Positions 1 through 11,557 of a stretch of 64,000 nucleotides of DNA are shown one piece after another (the stretch's first letter is position 1; each line of letters starts with the position of its first letter). Position numbers and translations under genes: made by a program. The notes beneath the pieces were generated by a model that ran no database searches, was not told the DNA's origin, and saw only the letters and a list, made by a program, of their open reading frames with translations. The stretch comes from Squalus acanthias (Eukaryota). The stretch lies in the NCBI GenBank assembly GCA_030390025.1, contig CM059432.1, positions 53,074,001-53,138,000 on the forward strand. The letters run 5' to 3'.

Positions 1-1555
1 TCCTAGGGTATTTAAGGAAGTGGCCCTAGAAATAGTAGATGCATTGCTGATCATCTTCCAACATTCGATGGAATCTGGAACTGTACCCATGGATTGGAGG
101 GTAGCCAATGTTACCCCACTATTCAAAAAGGGTGGTAGAGAGAAAGCGGGGAACTACAGACCGGTAAGCCTGACATCGGTATTGGAGAAAATACTAGAGT
201 CCATTATAAAGGATGTAATAGCTGAGCACTTGAAAAACAGTGACAGGATCGGACAAAGTCAACATGGATTTACAAAATGTAAATCGTGCTTGACTAATCT
301 ACTGGAATTTTTTGAGGATGTAACTAGGAAAATAGATAAGGGAGAACCAGTAGATGTGGTGTATTTGGACTTTCAAAAGGCTTTCGATAAGGTCCCGCAT
401 AAGAGATTAGCGTGTAAAGTTAAGGCACATGGGATTGGGGGCAAGCTATTGACTTGGATAGAGAACTGGTTGGCGGACAGAAAGCAGAGAGTAGGAATTA
501 ATGAGTCTTTTTCCGAGTGGCAAGCAGTGACTAGTGGGGTACCGCAGGGATCGGTCCTTGGACCCCAGCTATTCACAATATACATTAATGATCTAGATAA
601 GGGAACTAAATGTAATATCTCCAAGTTTGCAGATGACACAAAGCTGGGTGGGAGTGTGTGCTGCGAGGAGGATACCGAGAAACTCCAGGATGATTTGGAC
701 AGGTTGGGTGAGTGGGCAGAAGCGTGGCAGATGCAATATAAAGTAGATAAGTGCGAGGTTATCCACTTTGGTGTCAAAAACAGAAAGGCAGATTGTTATC
801 TGAATGGCAATAGATTGGGAGAAGGGGAAGTGCAATGAGACCTGGGTGTCCTTGTGCACCAGTCGCTGAAGGTAAGCATGCAGGTGCAGCAGGCGGTGAA
901 GAAGGCAAATGGTATGTTGGCCTTCATAGCGAGAGGGTTTGAGTCCAGGAACAAGGATGTCTTGCTGCAGTTGTACAGGGCCTTGGTGAGACCACACCTT
1001 GAGTACTGTGTGCAGTTTTGGTCGCCTTATCTGAGGAAGGATGTTATTGCCATGGAAGGAGTTCAGCGAAGATTCACAAGGCTGATACCTGGGATGGCAG
1101 GAATGACGTATGAAGAGAGATTGGGTCGAATGGGCTTATACTTGCTGGAGTTTAGAAGAATGAGAGGGGATCTCATCGAAACAAATAAAATTCTGACAGG
1201 ACAGGACAAACTAGATGCAGGAAGGATGTTCCCGATGGTCGGGGAGTCCAGAACCAGGGGTCACAGTCTAAGGATAAGGGGTAAGCCATTTAGGACTGAG
1301 ATGAGGAGGAATTTCTTCACCCAGAGAGTGGTGAACCTGTGGAATTCTCTGCCACAGAAGGCAGTAGAGGCCAATTCATTAAATAGATTCAAGAAGGAGT
1401 TGGATATATTTCTTAAGGCTAAAGGGATCAAGGGATATGGGGAGAAAGCAGGGACAGGGTACTGAATTTGGATGATCAGCCATGGTCGCATTGAATGGTG
1501 GAGCAGGCTAGAGGGGCCGAATGGCCTACTCCTGCTCCTATCTTCTATGATTCTA
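1..1555 (+). mobile_element. CR1 LINE, 3' part (RT domain and 3' UTR/tail), runs off the window start
   Basis: ORFs 20..838 and 854..1465 are in one frame, split by a TGA. Motifs [33 protein letters not shown]. Tail cctactcctgctcctat...ttctatgattctatg. Confidence 0.95.
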
Positions 1556-2106
1556 TGACAGCAGGTTCCTGCTCCACTGACCCATTGCCACTCCCCCGGG
1601 GCAGCACCTCAGCATCCCTAGCAATCTGTTGGAGCACAGATTGCTGGCCTGCTATGACACCGTGAAAGTCCCGGTCGATGGTGGTAGACCCAACCACAAT
1701 GGCAGCAGTCAGAGCTTGTGTGGCATCAAGCTGAGACTGCATGAGAGCAGTCTGAGAATCGATGGCACCAAGCATAGACTGCATTACAGCACTAAGACTT
1801 TGCGTCGCTTCTACCTGTGCTGCAGTGGAAACTGCCAGGTCGCCCATCACACATGGCATCAGGTCTGGGTTGCCATGGTCTCTCTGGGAGTCTACCATCC
1901 TTTACAGACTGGAAATGATGGGCTCCATGGTGTGCACAGAGCCTTGTGCAATGTTGGAGGCGGACTCCTCCATGCTCCTTACCATTGCTGAGAGGTTCTC
2001 GAACACCCTTGCCATTGCACCTATCATCTCCGTGTGTACCTGGTGCTATTTCTCCAACTTTTCTACTGACACCACCCATTCCTTGGCTATAATGAATTTC
2101 TAGCCC
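1556..2106 (-). mobile_element. Internally deleted Harbinger (family A): Myb-gene exon 3 fragment fused to the terminus
   Basis: 1556-2035 aligns to ~44105-44585. 2036-2106 aligns to ~45990-46061 and ends in TIR gaatttctagccc. Confidence 0.85.
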
Positions 2107-2417
2107 TCTGAATCCTAAACATTTCATGGCCACCTTCAAGTATGCTTCCTGTGGAGATAATTTCCTAAATTGCATTTCCTTAATTATATCGTAATTAATT
2201 ACTATTTTCCTCTAGTCAATATTTACTAACAAAACCACAAATACTTCCTTTTTGAATGCACTTACAATTTCACTAGAAATGCCATTCTACCCTCATTTGT
2301 TTATGATGTTGCTATGCAGAGCAACTGAAGGAAATCATCCCAGCTACGGGGAAAGAAAATTCAAGCGGGATAATTTGGATGCAATCAAATTTTCTTCCAG
2401 AGAGCTGGAACACTTTT

Positions 2418-2962
2418 GGGCCAATTTTAGCCCTGCCCACCCGGCAGAAACTAGGAGAGAGGGGAGTGACTTGTCCCGGCCAATTTTGCGGGCTTTCTGC
2501 GACTTGGGATTTTCACCTGATTTTTTTGAGCTGGCAAAAGGGACACCTGCCAGAAGGCAGTTGGGTTCTTCTTTAAATATTCAGATCGGACTCTGATGAC
2601 ACCATCGAGCATCGACTGCAATTATAAACAGAGTCCTACGCCAGGAGGACATCGTTGCTTCAGGTCCTGTTCAACCTGGCGGCAAGAGGAGCCAGGGCCA
2701 AAAGAGGCCCAGTTACCTAAGTGCCGTTCTTTCAGGTCCCCAGCAATGGACGCCTGTCACCCAAAATTCCGCTTCCACCTGTCAGCCAGCTAACAGTTCC
2801 CACTGGGTTCAGGCGGAAGTCTGACCGCCCGAATGGAGTTAGTTGCTCCGTTAAAATTGGGACTGGTGACTTCACACAGGAATGGGGAAGTAACTGTGTT
2901 TCCCTGATTTTAACCGCTCACCTGCCCTGTCCCTACCTGGCGGTAGGATTAAAATCGGGGCC
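2418..2962. mobile_element. Harbinger-type non-autonomous element (MITE)
   Basis: Imperfect TIRs gggccaatttta ... taaaatcggggcc. GC-rich subterminal arms resemble other Harbinger ends in the window. Confidence 0.6.
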
Positions 2963-3538
2963 AGCGTTGGGACTTGAATTTATGGTTGGATATCAAGCAT
3001 GCTATACATCTCATGAAGCGTTCCACATTCCTGGCTTGATTTCACTTTTACGGCGTACATACATCGCCATTAAGTGTTCCACAACCCCTCCATCATCATT
3101 TATTTTTAAAAAAGCTTTAAAAAATTTTTTGATTTCAGATGATCATTTCAGATTTAAATCCAAACCAGTTTATTTATAAACTAAAAATGTGCTCACTCTC
3201 TTCTTCAATTCTTTCTGCCAGCATCTGACAATGAGTTGCAGCAAAACCATGGCAACCTTGTTCCACACATTACCTTCACAATGAACTTAGGCACTGTACA
3301 TCATGAGAAACATGTGCTGTGCATTTTAGACGTGTGTCATACATCGCTCTTCACACTGGACCTTTAAGAGATTGAGAAGTATGATGTCAAGCATCACAAA
3401 AATCTTGAATGTGTATACTAGAGTTTCCTTCTATCTCAACAAAATCTATCTCTGCTCCTCCAAATTATTCTCACTTCTCCAATTTATAAATTAGCAGTTA
3501 GGTAAATGCATTGTTATGCTTTTGGACCTTTACTTTAG

Positions 3539-3578
3539 ATATTTTTCTCACGGTCAGCATTTCAGATCATTTTCATAG
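3539..3578 (+). other. Candidate 40-nt host exon (unverified)
   Basis: Acceptor ctttactttag| and strong donor ag|gtgagt in non-TE sequence. Open as IFFSRSAFQIIFI. Confidence 0.2.
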
Positions 3579-3899
3579 GTGAGTCCTCGATTCCCATGAC
3601 CCAGATAATGCATTTACCTATACAATATCTAGGAAGCTTATAGCAAGCCCAGGGGTTGAACAGAGAATCCTTTTTACTGTAGTTCAGCTTACTGCTTATC
3701 ATGTGCCTTCACCTGATTTTCCTCGACTTCAGAAGACGGTAGATTAAATGAACTACCAAACAGATTTATTAAACCCACTGTGGCCTTTTAAGAATTGTGG
3801 TGGCTGTTGGGGGAAGGGAAGCCCCTTAGGATGTTTTCCTGCAGTAAAAGTGCTATATAAATCCAAATTATTGTTGTGTTGACACTTTTACGATATTAA

Positions 3900-6319
3900 G
3901 GGCTAGAAATTCATTATAGCCAAGGAATGGGTGGTGTCAGTAGAAAAGTTGGCGAATTAGCGCCAGGCGCAAATGCTTTAGACTTCATGCAAAATTTGTG
4001 TTCACTGCTCAATAAAATGATTAGAGTCCTAAATCAAGTCTTAAAACCCAAGCTCATTGATGTTAGACTTAAAGGGTGGACCAATATCAGGTGCAGTCTA
4101 ATTGCAAGTCATGATTGCCACAGGCTTTTTTCTCTACTTAAAGAGGAGGTTCATTGATGCTGCAGCACCTCATTCTCAGCATTGCTGGCTGTGCAGCTGC
4201 CTCAGCAAGCAAAAGCAGGTCAAGGAGAAGGAGCCGGAGGACTGAACCAGGTGTACTCATGGCAGATCCACGCCCAAGGGAGAGAGCCCGCAGATTCTCT
4301 GATGAAGCCTTGAAGGCATTGGTTTTCGCTGTGGAGAGACAGAGGGCAGTACTCTACCCGGCAAGTGGCAGGAGGCCCTCGCCACAAGTCTTCTGCACCT
4401 GTGGAGGGAAGTAGTGCAGCACGTCTCGGGCAGCACTATGGTCCTCAGGACCCACACGCAGTGCACTAAGAAATTTAATGACCTCACTCAGGGTGGTCAG
4501 GGTGAGACAATTCTTCAACAAATGCTACATACCACCATCTGACCTTGACCACCACTGAGTCACCCTGGTCTGAGGCTGGAGATCTGGTTTCAGGAGGACA
4601 GGAGCCTGCTAATACACTGCTCCTCGCTTAATTGGAAGTAGGAGAAGTGCTCTTGGAATACCCCGGAGGGTAAGGCCTCCCGTTGAGAGCCCTGATGACC
4701 CTCCTCCTCCCTCTGGCCACATGTTCCAGTCTTTCTCGCTGCCTCCGCTCCCTCCGCCGTAGATCCTGGAGGGTGAGGTCACCTGCCAGTACAGCCCCCC
4801 CATTAATGTAACCAAGTGTAGCACTTTGAATCTTTGAATAATAAATGTAGCTACTTTTCAGTTGCCACAACGCTCCTGATGCAAAAGAACCTTGAAATTA
4901 CAGAATTAAACTGTTGGAGTATGTGAAACTCACAAGAAACCAATGAAGTTGCACTAATCTGACAGCTGCAAGTCATTACTAATGATCCCTTTAAATGACG
5001 TCCCTGGAGCCGGCTTCCTGGTGCTTCACGCCAGCTTGCGTCTGTGCACACTCTGAGATCGAACTCCAAATCATCGTCAACACCTTCACTGAAACATACG
5101 AGAGCATGGGCCTTACACTAAACATCCGTAAGACAAAGGTCCTCTACCAACCTGCCCCGCCACACAGTACTGCTCCCCGATTATCAAAATCCATGACGAG
5201 GCCTTGGACAACGTGGACCACTTTCCATACCTCGGGAGCCTACTGTCAATAAGGGCAGATGTCGATGATGAAGTCCAACACCACCTTTAGTGTGCCAGTG
5301 CAGCCTTCGGTCACCTGAAGAAGAAAGTGTTTGAAGACCAGGACCTCAAACCCAGCACCAAGCTCATGGTCTACAGAGCAGTAGTGATACCCGCCCTCCT
5401 GTATGCTTCAGAGACATGGACCATGTACAGCAGGCACCTCAAAGCACTGGAGAGGTACCACCAATGCTGCCTCCGCAAGATCCTGCAAATCCATTGGCAG
5501 GATAGGCACACCAACGTCAGTGTTCTCGCTCAGGCCAACATCCCCAGCATCGAAGCTTTGACCACGCTCGATCAGCTCCGATGGACGGGCCACATCGTCC
5601 GCATGCCTGATACGAGACTCCCAAAGCAGACGCTCTACTTGGAGCTCCGACATGGCCAGAGAGCCCCAGGTGGGCAGAGGAAATGGTTCAAGGACACCCT
5701 CAAAGCCTCCTTGAAAAAGTGCAACATCCCCACTGACACCTGGGAATCCCTGGCCCAAGACAGCACAAAGTGGATGAGAAGTATCTGGGAAGGTGCCGAA
5801 CACCTCGAGTCTCTTCACCGGGAGCAAGCGGAAGCCAAGCGCAAACAGCGGAAGGAGCGCACATCAACCCAAGCACCCCACCCACCCACCCCTTCAACCA
5901 GCGTCTACCCACCTGTGACAGAGATTGTAGGTCCCGCATTGGACTCATCAGTCACCTGAGAACTCATTTTTAGTGTGGAAGCAAGTCATCCTCGGTTTCT
6001 GAGGGACTGCCTAAAAAGAGTAGAAGCTTCACACCAGCTCTCCCTGTCGCTGTTTACTCCAGGCGCTAAGGTAGGTGGCGACAATCAATTTCGCAGATCG
6101 CGCGGCCCGTGAGCGTTGCACACTCACTGACCTCATGGTTCACCTGGCGTTCCCGGTGATAGCTCTTACCGGTGGTGCTACGGAGGGTGGGGGGGGGGGC
6201 GGGGGTGGGATTTGGCGTACGGTGCTGGATTCACCTCGCCCTGGCGATACTGCTCTAGCGCCTCATTAGCGCCATCTGCTGCGCTAATTGGAGGCGCTAA
6301 GGGAACTAATTTTTCCCCC
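3900..6319 (+). mobile_element. Internally deleted Harbinger family A copy (Myb exon 1 plus transposase 5' end), interrupted by an RTE
   Basis: TIRs gggctagaaattc (3900) and taatttttccccc (6319). Inverted homologue of both ends of 41939-46061. Myb exon 1 at ~4259-4501 (RARRFSDEALKALV...KKFNDL). Confidence 0.9.
5037..6025 (+). mobile_element. RTE (BovB-like) LINE, 5'-truncated
   Basis: ORF 5327..5959 is RTE RT C-terminal (TKLMVYRAVV, LRWTGHIVRMPDTRLPK). 14-bp TSD gcttcac(g/a)ccagct at 5023-5036 and 6026-6039. Confidence 0.92.
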
Positions 6320-6609
6320 GACTGTCTTGCTCTCCCAGCTGAAGTAGGATACATAGCAACAAGCAGATTGAAAAGGAAGAAACAAAGGACAATATGTAGG
6401 AAGATAGAATTAAAATAAAAGGGGTGTGTGGTGGTGCGGTTTATAAATACAACCACAAACACCCACTGAGATGAATCTGTGTCCTCTGATTAACAACTAT
6501 TGGCCAAATGGGGTTTGGCAGGACTTCCAACTGAATTGCTTTGAGGATAAAGTCATCTATCTGGAGAGTTAAAATCCAATAGTGGCTCATAATCATCAAA
6601 ATGATCAAT

Positions 6610-8387
6610 AATTAATTTGCTAGCCAGCAGCTGGTGCTAATGGGGCGCTGATGCAGTAGCGCCGGGGCAAACACTGACAAGCACTGCCATGACTCCCTCC
6701 ATATGCTTATGGAGGGAGTCACAGCACGCAGGGAGGTTCTCTTCCCTTCCAAGGGCGGAAGAGACCGCCGCAGGACACCAACGCAGCCTGGTTGCACATT
6801 GTACAGGAGGACACAAGCAGGGATGTCGTCAGGAGTACCTGGCTGCAGTGGCGCAATCCTTTCAATGATCTCAGCAGATCACGAAACGTTACTGCAAAGC
6901 CACACTCAACTTCATCCTCCTGTGCCACTCATCACATCCCCATCACTCTGCCTTCCCTACCCTACTCCTGCACATCCTTACTCTTACCAACTTGCACCTC
7001 CACCCATCCCTCTCTATCTACATTATCACTTCTCCATCTCACTAGCCAGCCCTCACACTCACCCTCATCCTAGTCCAATCATACCAACTAACAACACACA
7101 AGGGTAACCACTTGGGTATTTTAGCCAATGTTCATGTAAACTTTCTGTTATTGTGTTGTCAAGCATTGAAATCCTTATTGTCACCACTTTGCCTTCTTGG
7201 ACAGATTTGTGTGCACCTTTGAAAGTGTCTTAGTGAGTTCCAGTGAATGGTGAGACATAACGTTCCCCCCACCGCCCCCCCCCCACCCCCCGAACCCTCC
7301 ATGGTGATGAGTGTGAAAGGAATGCTTGGACATTGCAGGGATGCTTTATGGTGCTGGTGTGGGGTGGTGCCAACCTGGTGCATCATGTGGCAGCCAGGGT
7401 GTACAGTGTTAAGTGAAGCAAATCTGGACATGGTGAGCAATGTGCACGGGTGCTGATACCCTGTGTCCAGTGCAGCATCAGTTGATTGTGGAGAAGGTTG
7501 GTGTGAATGTTGGTGCTGCTGGTGTGCCCGGTGATGCTAGTGTTCGGGCTGATCGTGGTGGGATTCTGAGGTCCAAGGTGAGAGCTTTTCAAGGGCATCG
7601 ATGCTGATGGAATAGATGGCAGATGAGGTTGAAATGGCAGAAGTAATCTGTCAATGTTGAGATAGGTTGCTCCAGGGAGGTGACAGTGGATAGAGAGATT
7701 ACTCCAAACACTTCAAAAGTGCATAAAGCTCAAAAGTGGGTTCCAAATCACTAATGCTCCAGCTTCTAAGACTGGAAAGTGAACAGCTGTGAAATGGTAG
7801 GTTTCATACCAGTTTTGCAGCTTTCACCTATTCACAGCAATCTACAGTCCTTGAGAACCCAACATACTTACCTGACGTGATAGCCACTCTCCGGGAACCT
7901 CGTTGAAAACCTGGTAAAATGGTAAGTGACGTAAGAAAACTACTCGGCACTTGGTCTAAGCGTTAAACAAAGCTTTAATCAACTGTTTTTCAACATGGAG
8001 GTCTAGTTGTGTCCTTCACTAGTTCCTGTTAAAGAATGTCCTGAGCAAGCTGGGCCCATGCCCGAGTATTTATACTCTCCCTGGACAGCGCCACCAGCAG
8101 GCCACCCAGTATTATTTCATAAATCATTTCCACATGAATGAGAAGATTCATGTCAGTAAGTACATGGGAAAATGGTTCTTAACTACCTTTTAAGAAGCTT
8201 TTAAATATCTAAATTGGCTGACCCGTCACTTGTTGTCGGGTCTGTTCAGGGATGACAGACCCGACACTTGGGAAACTGACAAGGAGTCGGGTTTACAGCG
8301 CGATAGCGACCCCCTGTCAATCTTTGTGATTTTGACAGCGGACCCGCCTCCAAACTCGCACACTGAGCGCCGGCAAAATTCAGCCCC
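6610..8387 (+). mobile_element. Degenerate non-autonomous Harbinger (Myb exon 1 remnant, 3' region, right terminus)
   Basis: 6690-7110 is homologous to ~22990-23420 and (inverted) ~51272-51640. 7120-7440 is homologous to ~24830-25130. Ends in aaaattcagcccc. Left boundary approximate. Confidence 0.75.
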
Positions 8388-8977
8388 TGCTGTGGCAGCT
8401 CCAGCACCAATAAACATTGCAGCGGTGTCAATGTCCTGCCTTGCATCACTCATCTGGAACTCTCTGAGCACTTCTTGAGTAAATTAATTCTTGCCCTGGG
8501 TCCTTCTCAGAAGTGCTGTCTTTCCCTCATTGTATTTGTGTACCTCACAACAGCAACAGTGAGGACTGATAGTCGGTCACCCACCTGGAGATGGTGCAAT
8601 GCTCAATAGAACTGGAGGATATTTTCCAGACCAAGCCTCTGGTGTGAACATGACTGACACGGAAAGTGGTCTACAAAGAGCTCCAGATCCATTGCGAACC
8701 GCTGCGGTGGCCGATACCACTTTAGCGCAAGTGAACATCGCAGCGGTGAAATGTGTAGGGTGTTTTTGCGTGCCCCGTGTTTCTATGACTCTCCCTTGAG
8801 TTGACCCGTGCCACAAAAACTCCCCGGTTTGGGTTGTTTCCCTTGGATGGCAGGAGCTTTTGCCAATAGTCCCTGCTCAGCCCGTCGATTAGCGGGTAAT
8901 CCCACACAGAGAGAGAGACCAAGGCCAGATAGGTCTTCTCCTATGCCCGATGCGCAGCGTCCCCAGCAGGATTACTG

Positions 8978-11133
8978 TGTAACCCGGCCGTGACCGGATG
9001 CCACCCAGTTGGTCTTCCGAATTATACCGCGAACCACAAGCCCCATAACCCCCAAGTTCGGACCCAAGGAGTTACTATGGATAGATTATAAATGATTCAG
9101 ACAAAACGAAACGGTTCAGGTTGGTCAAAGGTCGATTCCTTTTATTACACTCACAAAAACAACAATCCCTACTCCTCTCACTTACGGCAGAACGAGTAGG
9201 TGACCGTGGACACTAGCTTATAACTTTAGGCTAAAATACCCACCCTGTTGGTTACGCCGAACCAACCCCTTCCCAGAATCTAAGCCGAGATAATGGAAAA
9301 ATCCTTCTAACTAAACCTCTCTCCCGGTTTGGTCAGAACCCACACTTGGAAGCCTCCTCACACACATACACGTGTTAGCCTGCGTATTGGACACTTGCAG
9401 TTCCTCAGCAGCAAAACACGTGGGCAGTCCTGGGATTTCTAGAGGTGTATGCTGGATATAATTACCAGCCCTTGTCGTTGATTTACACGGTCCCGGCTCC
9501 GTTCGACTCCAGAGACAAAACCGTGCCTAACAGAGGCATGCGATGAGGCCTAGAGAGTTACGTTCAGGCGGTACGACGAGGCACTCACTTCGGGCGTTCC
9601 TGGAGAGTTGACGGACGCGTAGTTACGTGGAGAACCCCGTTACAGATGAAAAGCAAGCAAGCAAGCATCCCCAAAGTTCAGCATGTTTATACCCCGTGCA
9701 ATACACAAAACTTGCTGGGCGATTCCTGATTACCATGGTCGCAGAGATGCTAGTTGGCCTTCCTGGTGATGTCTTTGTCCTGGATTGGTCATCTTGAAGA
9801 AAACAATGGTAGGCCATTACTGTAGATGAGCAGTTCTCGAATTGCTAACTGTTTGTTAAGTTCTTGACTGCTCCTTCATTGAAAGAGTCCAGAGGTGTTA
9901 CTTTTGGCCTGCAAACCTCATTGTCCATCCAGACATCCTGGCTCCATGGACAAAAGATGGTTTTCCCCAAATCACACAAGTTCGAATATGAAAAGGCTCC
10001 TGCCTTTCATGACGTCAGCGTTGAGACAGGTCCCATGGCAACCCACAAGACAGACAGTTCCTGCTATCTTCACAGAAATCAACAGGCAGTCCCTTTTAAA
10101 GTCCTTGGGGGAAAAATTCAGTTGGTTGCGCCTCCCGTTAGCGCCTTAAGAGGGCGCTAATGGGGCGCAAAGCATCTAGCGCCCAGGCGCGGCGAAGTTT
10201 GCGCCGCTCGCGAAATTAACTAGACATTTTGCGGCGGCGCTAAACACTACCGCCACGATCTCCTGCGCCAGCAGATCATGACGTCACTCGAGTGCGCAAC
10301 GCCCCGGTATCGCCCCGGAGCGGATATTGAGTGGCGCCCCCTGCCTTACCGCCTGACGCTAGCAACGACAGGTTGAGGGGAGCGTTCTGCAGTCATGAAG
10401 GGAAAGGGGGAGCGCTATTTAAAGGTGACCGCTTCCTGCCTTTTATTGTTGGTGCCATTTTTGAACTACGCATTCTGAGAGAGAGAGGGAGAGACTTCTG
10501 GAGAGATTCAACGTTGTGTGAAGGAGTTTTGGGTACTGAGCAGCACTTTGCAGGTTCATTTTGATTTGCCATTCCTTGTATTGATTTAGCAGAGATTGTG
10601 GGGGCTGCACTCTGAGCTCTTTGCCTGGTACTCTCCATTGTTCTTTCCAGCACATTTGATGTGTAAGTCTCTCCAGGCCGAGATTCAAGGCTGCAATGAG
10701 CAGGATGTGGATGGAAAGCAAGATTAACCATCCCCTTTAAGAACTGGCCCGTGCCATTGTGTGTGTGTTCCATTTCTGACTGACATTACATGAGCTTCGC
10801 CAGCGCTCTGAGGTAGCGCCTCGCTCCTCGGCCTTTGCGCCTTAAGACAGGTGTGAAGCGCCTGATATAGCGCTGCAATCACCTCCAGGGGCGATAAAAG
10901 TCAAGTTTGCAGTCGGTGGCGATAATTAGCGCCAGGCACTAATCTTTGCGCCCGGCCGATAATTGCGTCCCAAATGGGGCGATACTGAATTTCTCCCCCC
11001 AAAAGTCCAAACTCCATTTTTAAAATGCAGCCCACGTGTGTCTCCACTTGAAAAGGGTACATATTCATTTTAAAAGTCCAAAAATCCTTGAGGCACATGC
11101 ACCCACTGATGTTGGCACCGGCCAAACCCTACA
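8978..11133 (-). mobile_element. Solo LTR (~1.26 kb net) with a nested MITE
   Basis: TGTA...TACA ends, 4-bp flanks actg/aatg. Minus-strand AATAAA at ~9142 and TATA at ~9688. Confidence 0.65.
10107..10999. mobile_element. Harbinger-type MITE (~890 bp), copy 1
   Basis: 13-bp TIR gggggaaaaattc / gaatttctccccc. Inverted homologue at 30463-31357. Confidence 0.88.
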
Positions 11134-11309
11134 AATGGTCAAATCCGGACAGTCACCAACCGAGACCAGTAAAAATCCACAGCGGCAGCAGTCTTTTTCC
11201 CTCCATCCTTCTCCTCTTCTTCCTGCAGCGCACTTCCTGCTGCCATCACATTCACCGCCCCTTCAGCAGCACCCGGCTGATCCGCACCGGCTCGCTCTCC
11301 ATCACCAAT

Positions 11310-11387
11310 TGGGGTTCTTTTCGTGGACCCCCTGGGAAGTTTCTACGGACCCCCAGGGGCCGACGGACCGCAGTTTGAGAATCACTG
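11310..11387. mobile_element. hAT-like transposon terminus fragment
   Basis: ggacccc repeats ending in cagtttgagaatcactg (CAGTG-type TIR). Similar sequence at ~46090-46157. Confidence 0.5.
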
Positions 11388-11557
11388 GTATAGAGGCGGG
11401 ATCTGCACGTGGTGAGTCAGCGGGCACAAGTGGGCTACAGCCAGGGCAGGGGATAAACATAGAAACATAGAAACATAGAAGATAGGAGCAGGAGTAGGCC
11501 ATTCGGCCCCTCGAGCCTGCTCCGCCATTCGATGAGATCATGGCTGATCATCCAAAC

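Noticed and set aside
373..997. Recurrent antisense ORFs (MTPKWIT..., also at 12246)
   Set aside because: Shadow frames of CR1 RT, repeated because the LINE is repeated.
7864..7874. U1 snRNA 5' end ATACTTACCTG
   Set aside because: Only 11 nt match; the rest of U1 is absent.
8738..8760. 16S rRNA-like gcagcggtgaaatgtgtag
   Set aside because: Only a ~19-nt match, with no flanking rRNA sequence.
10393..10773. Conserved ORF MEHTHNGTGQ... repeated at 30689
   Set aside because: Similarity is at DNA level between two MITE copies, with no sign of coding constraint.
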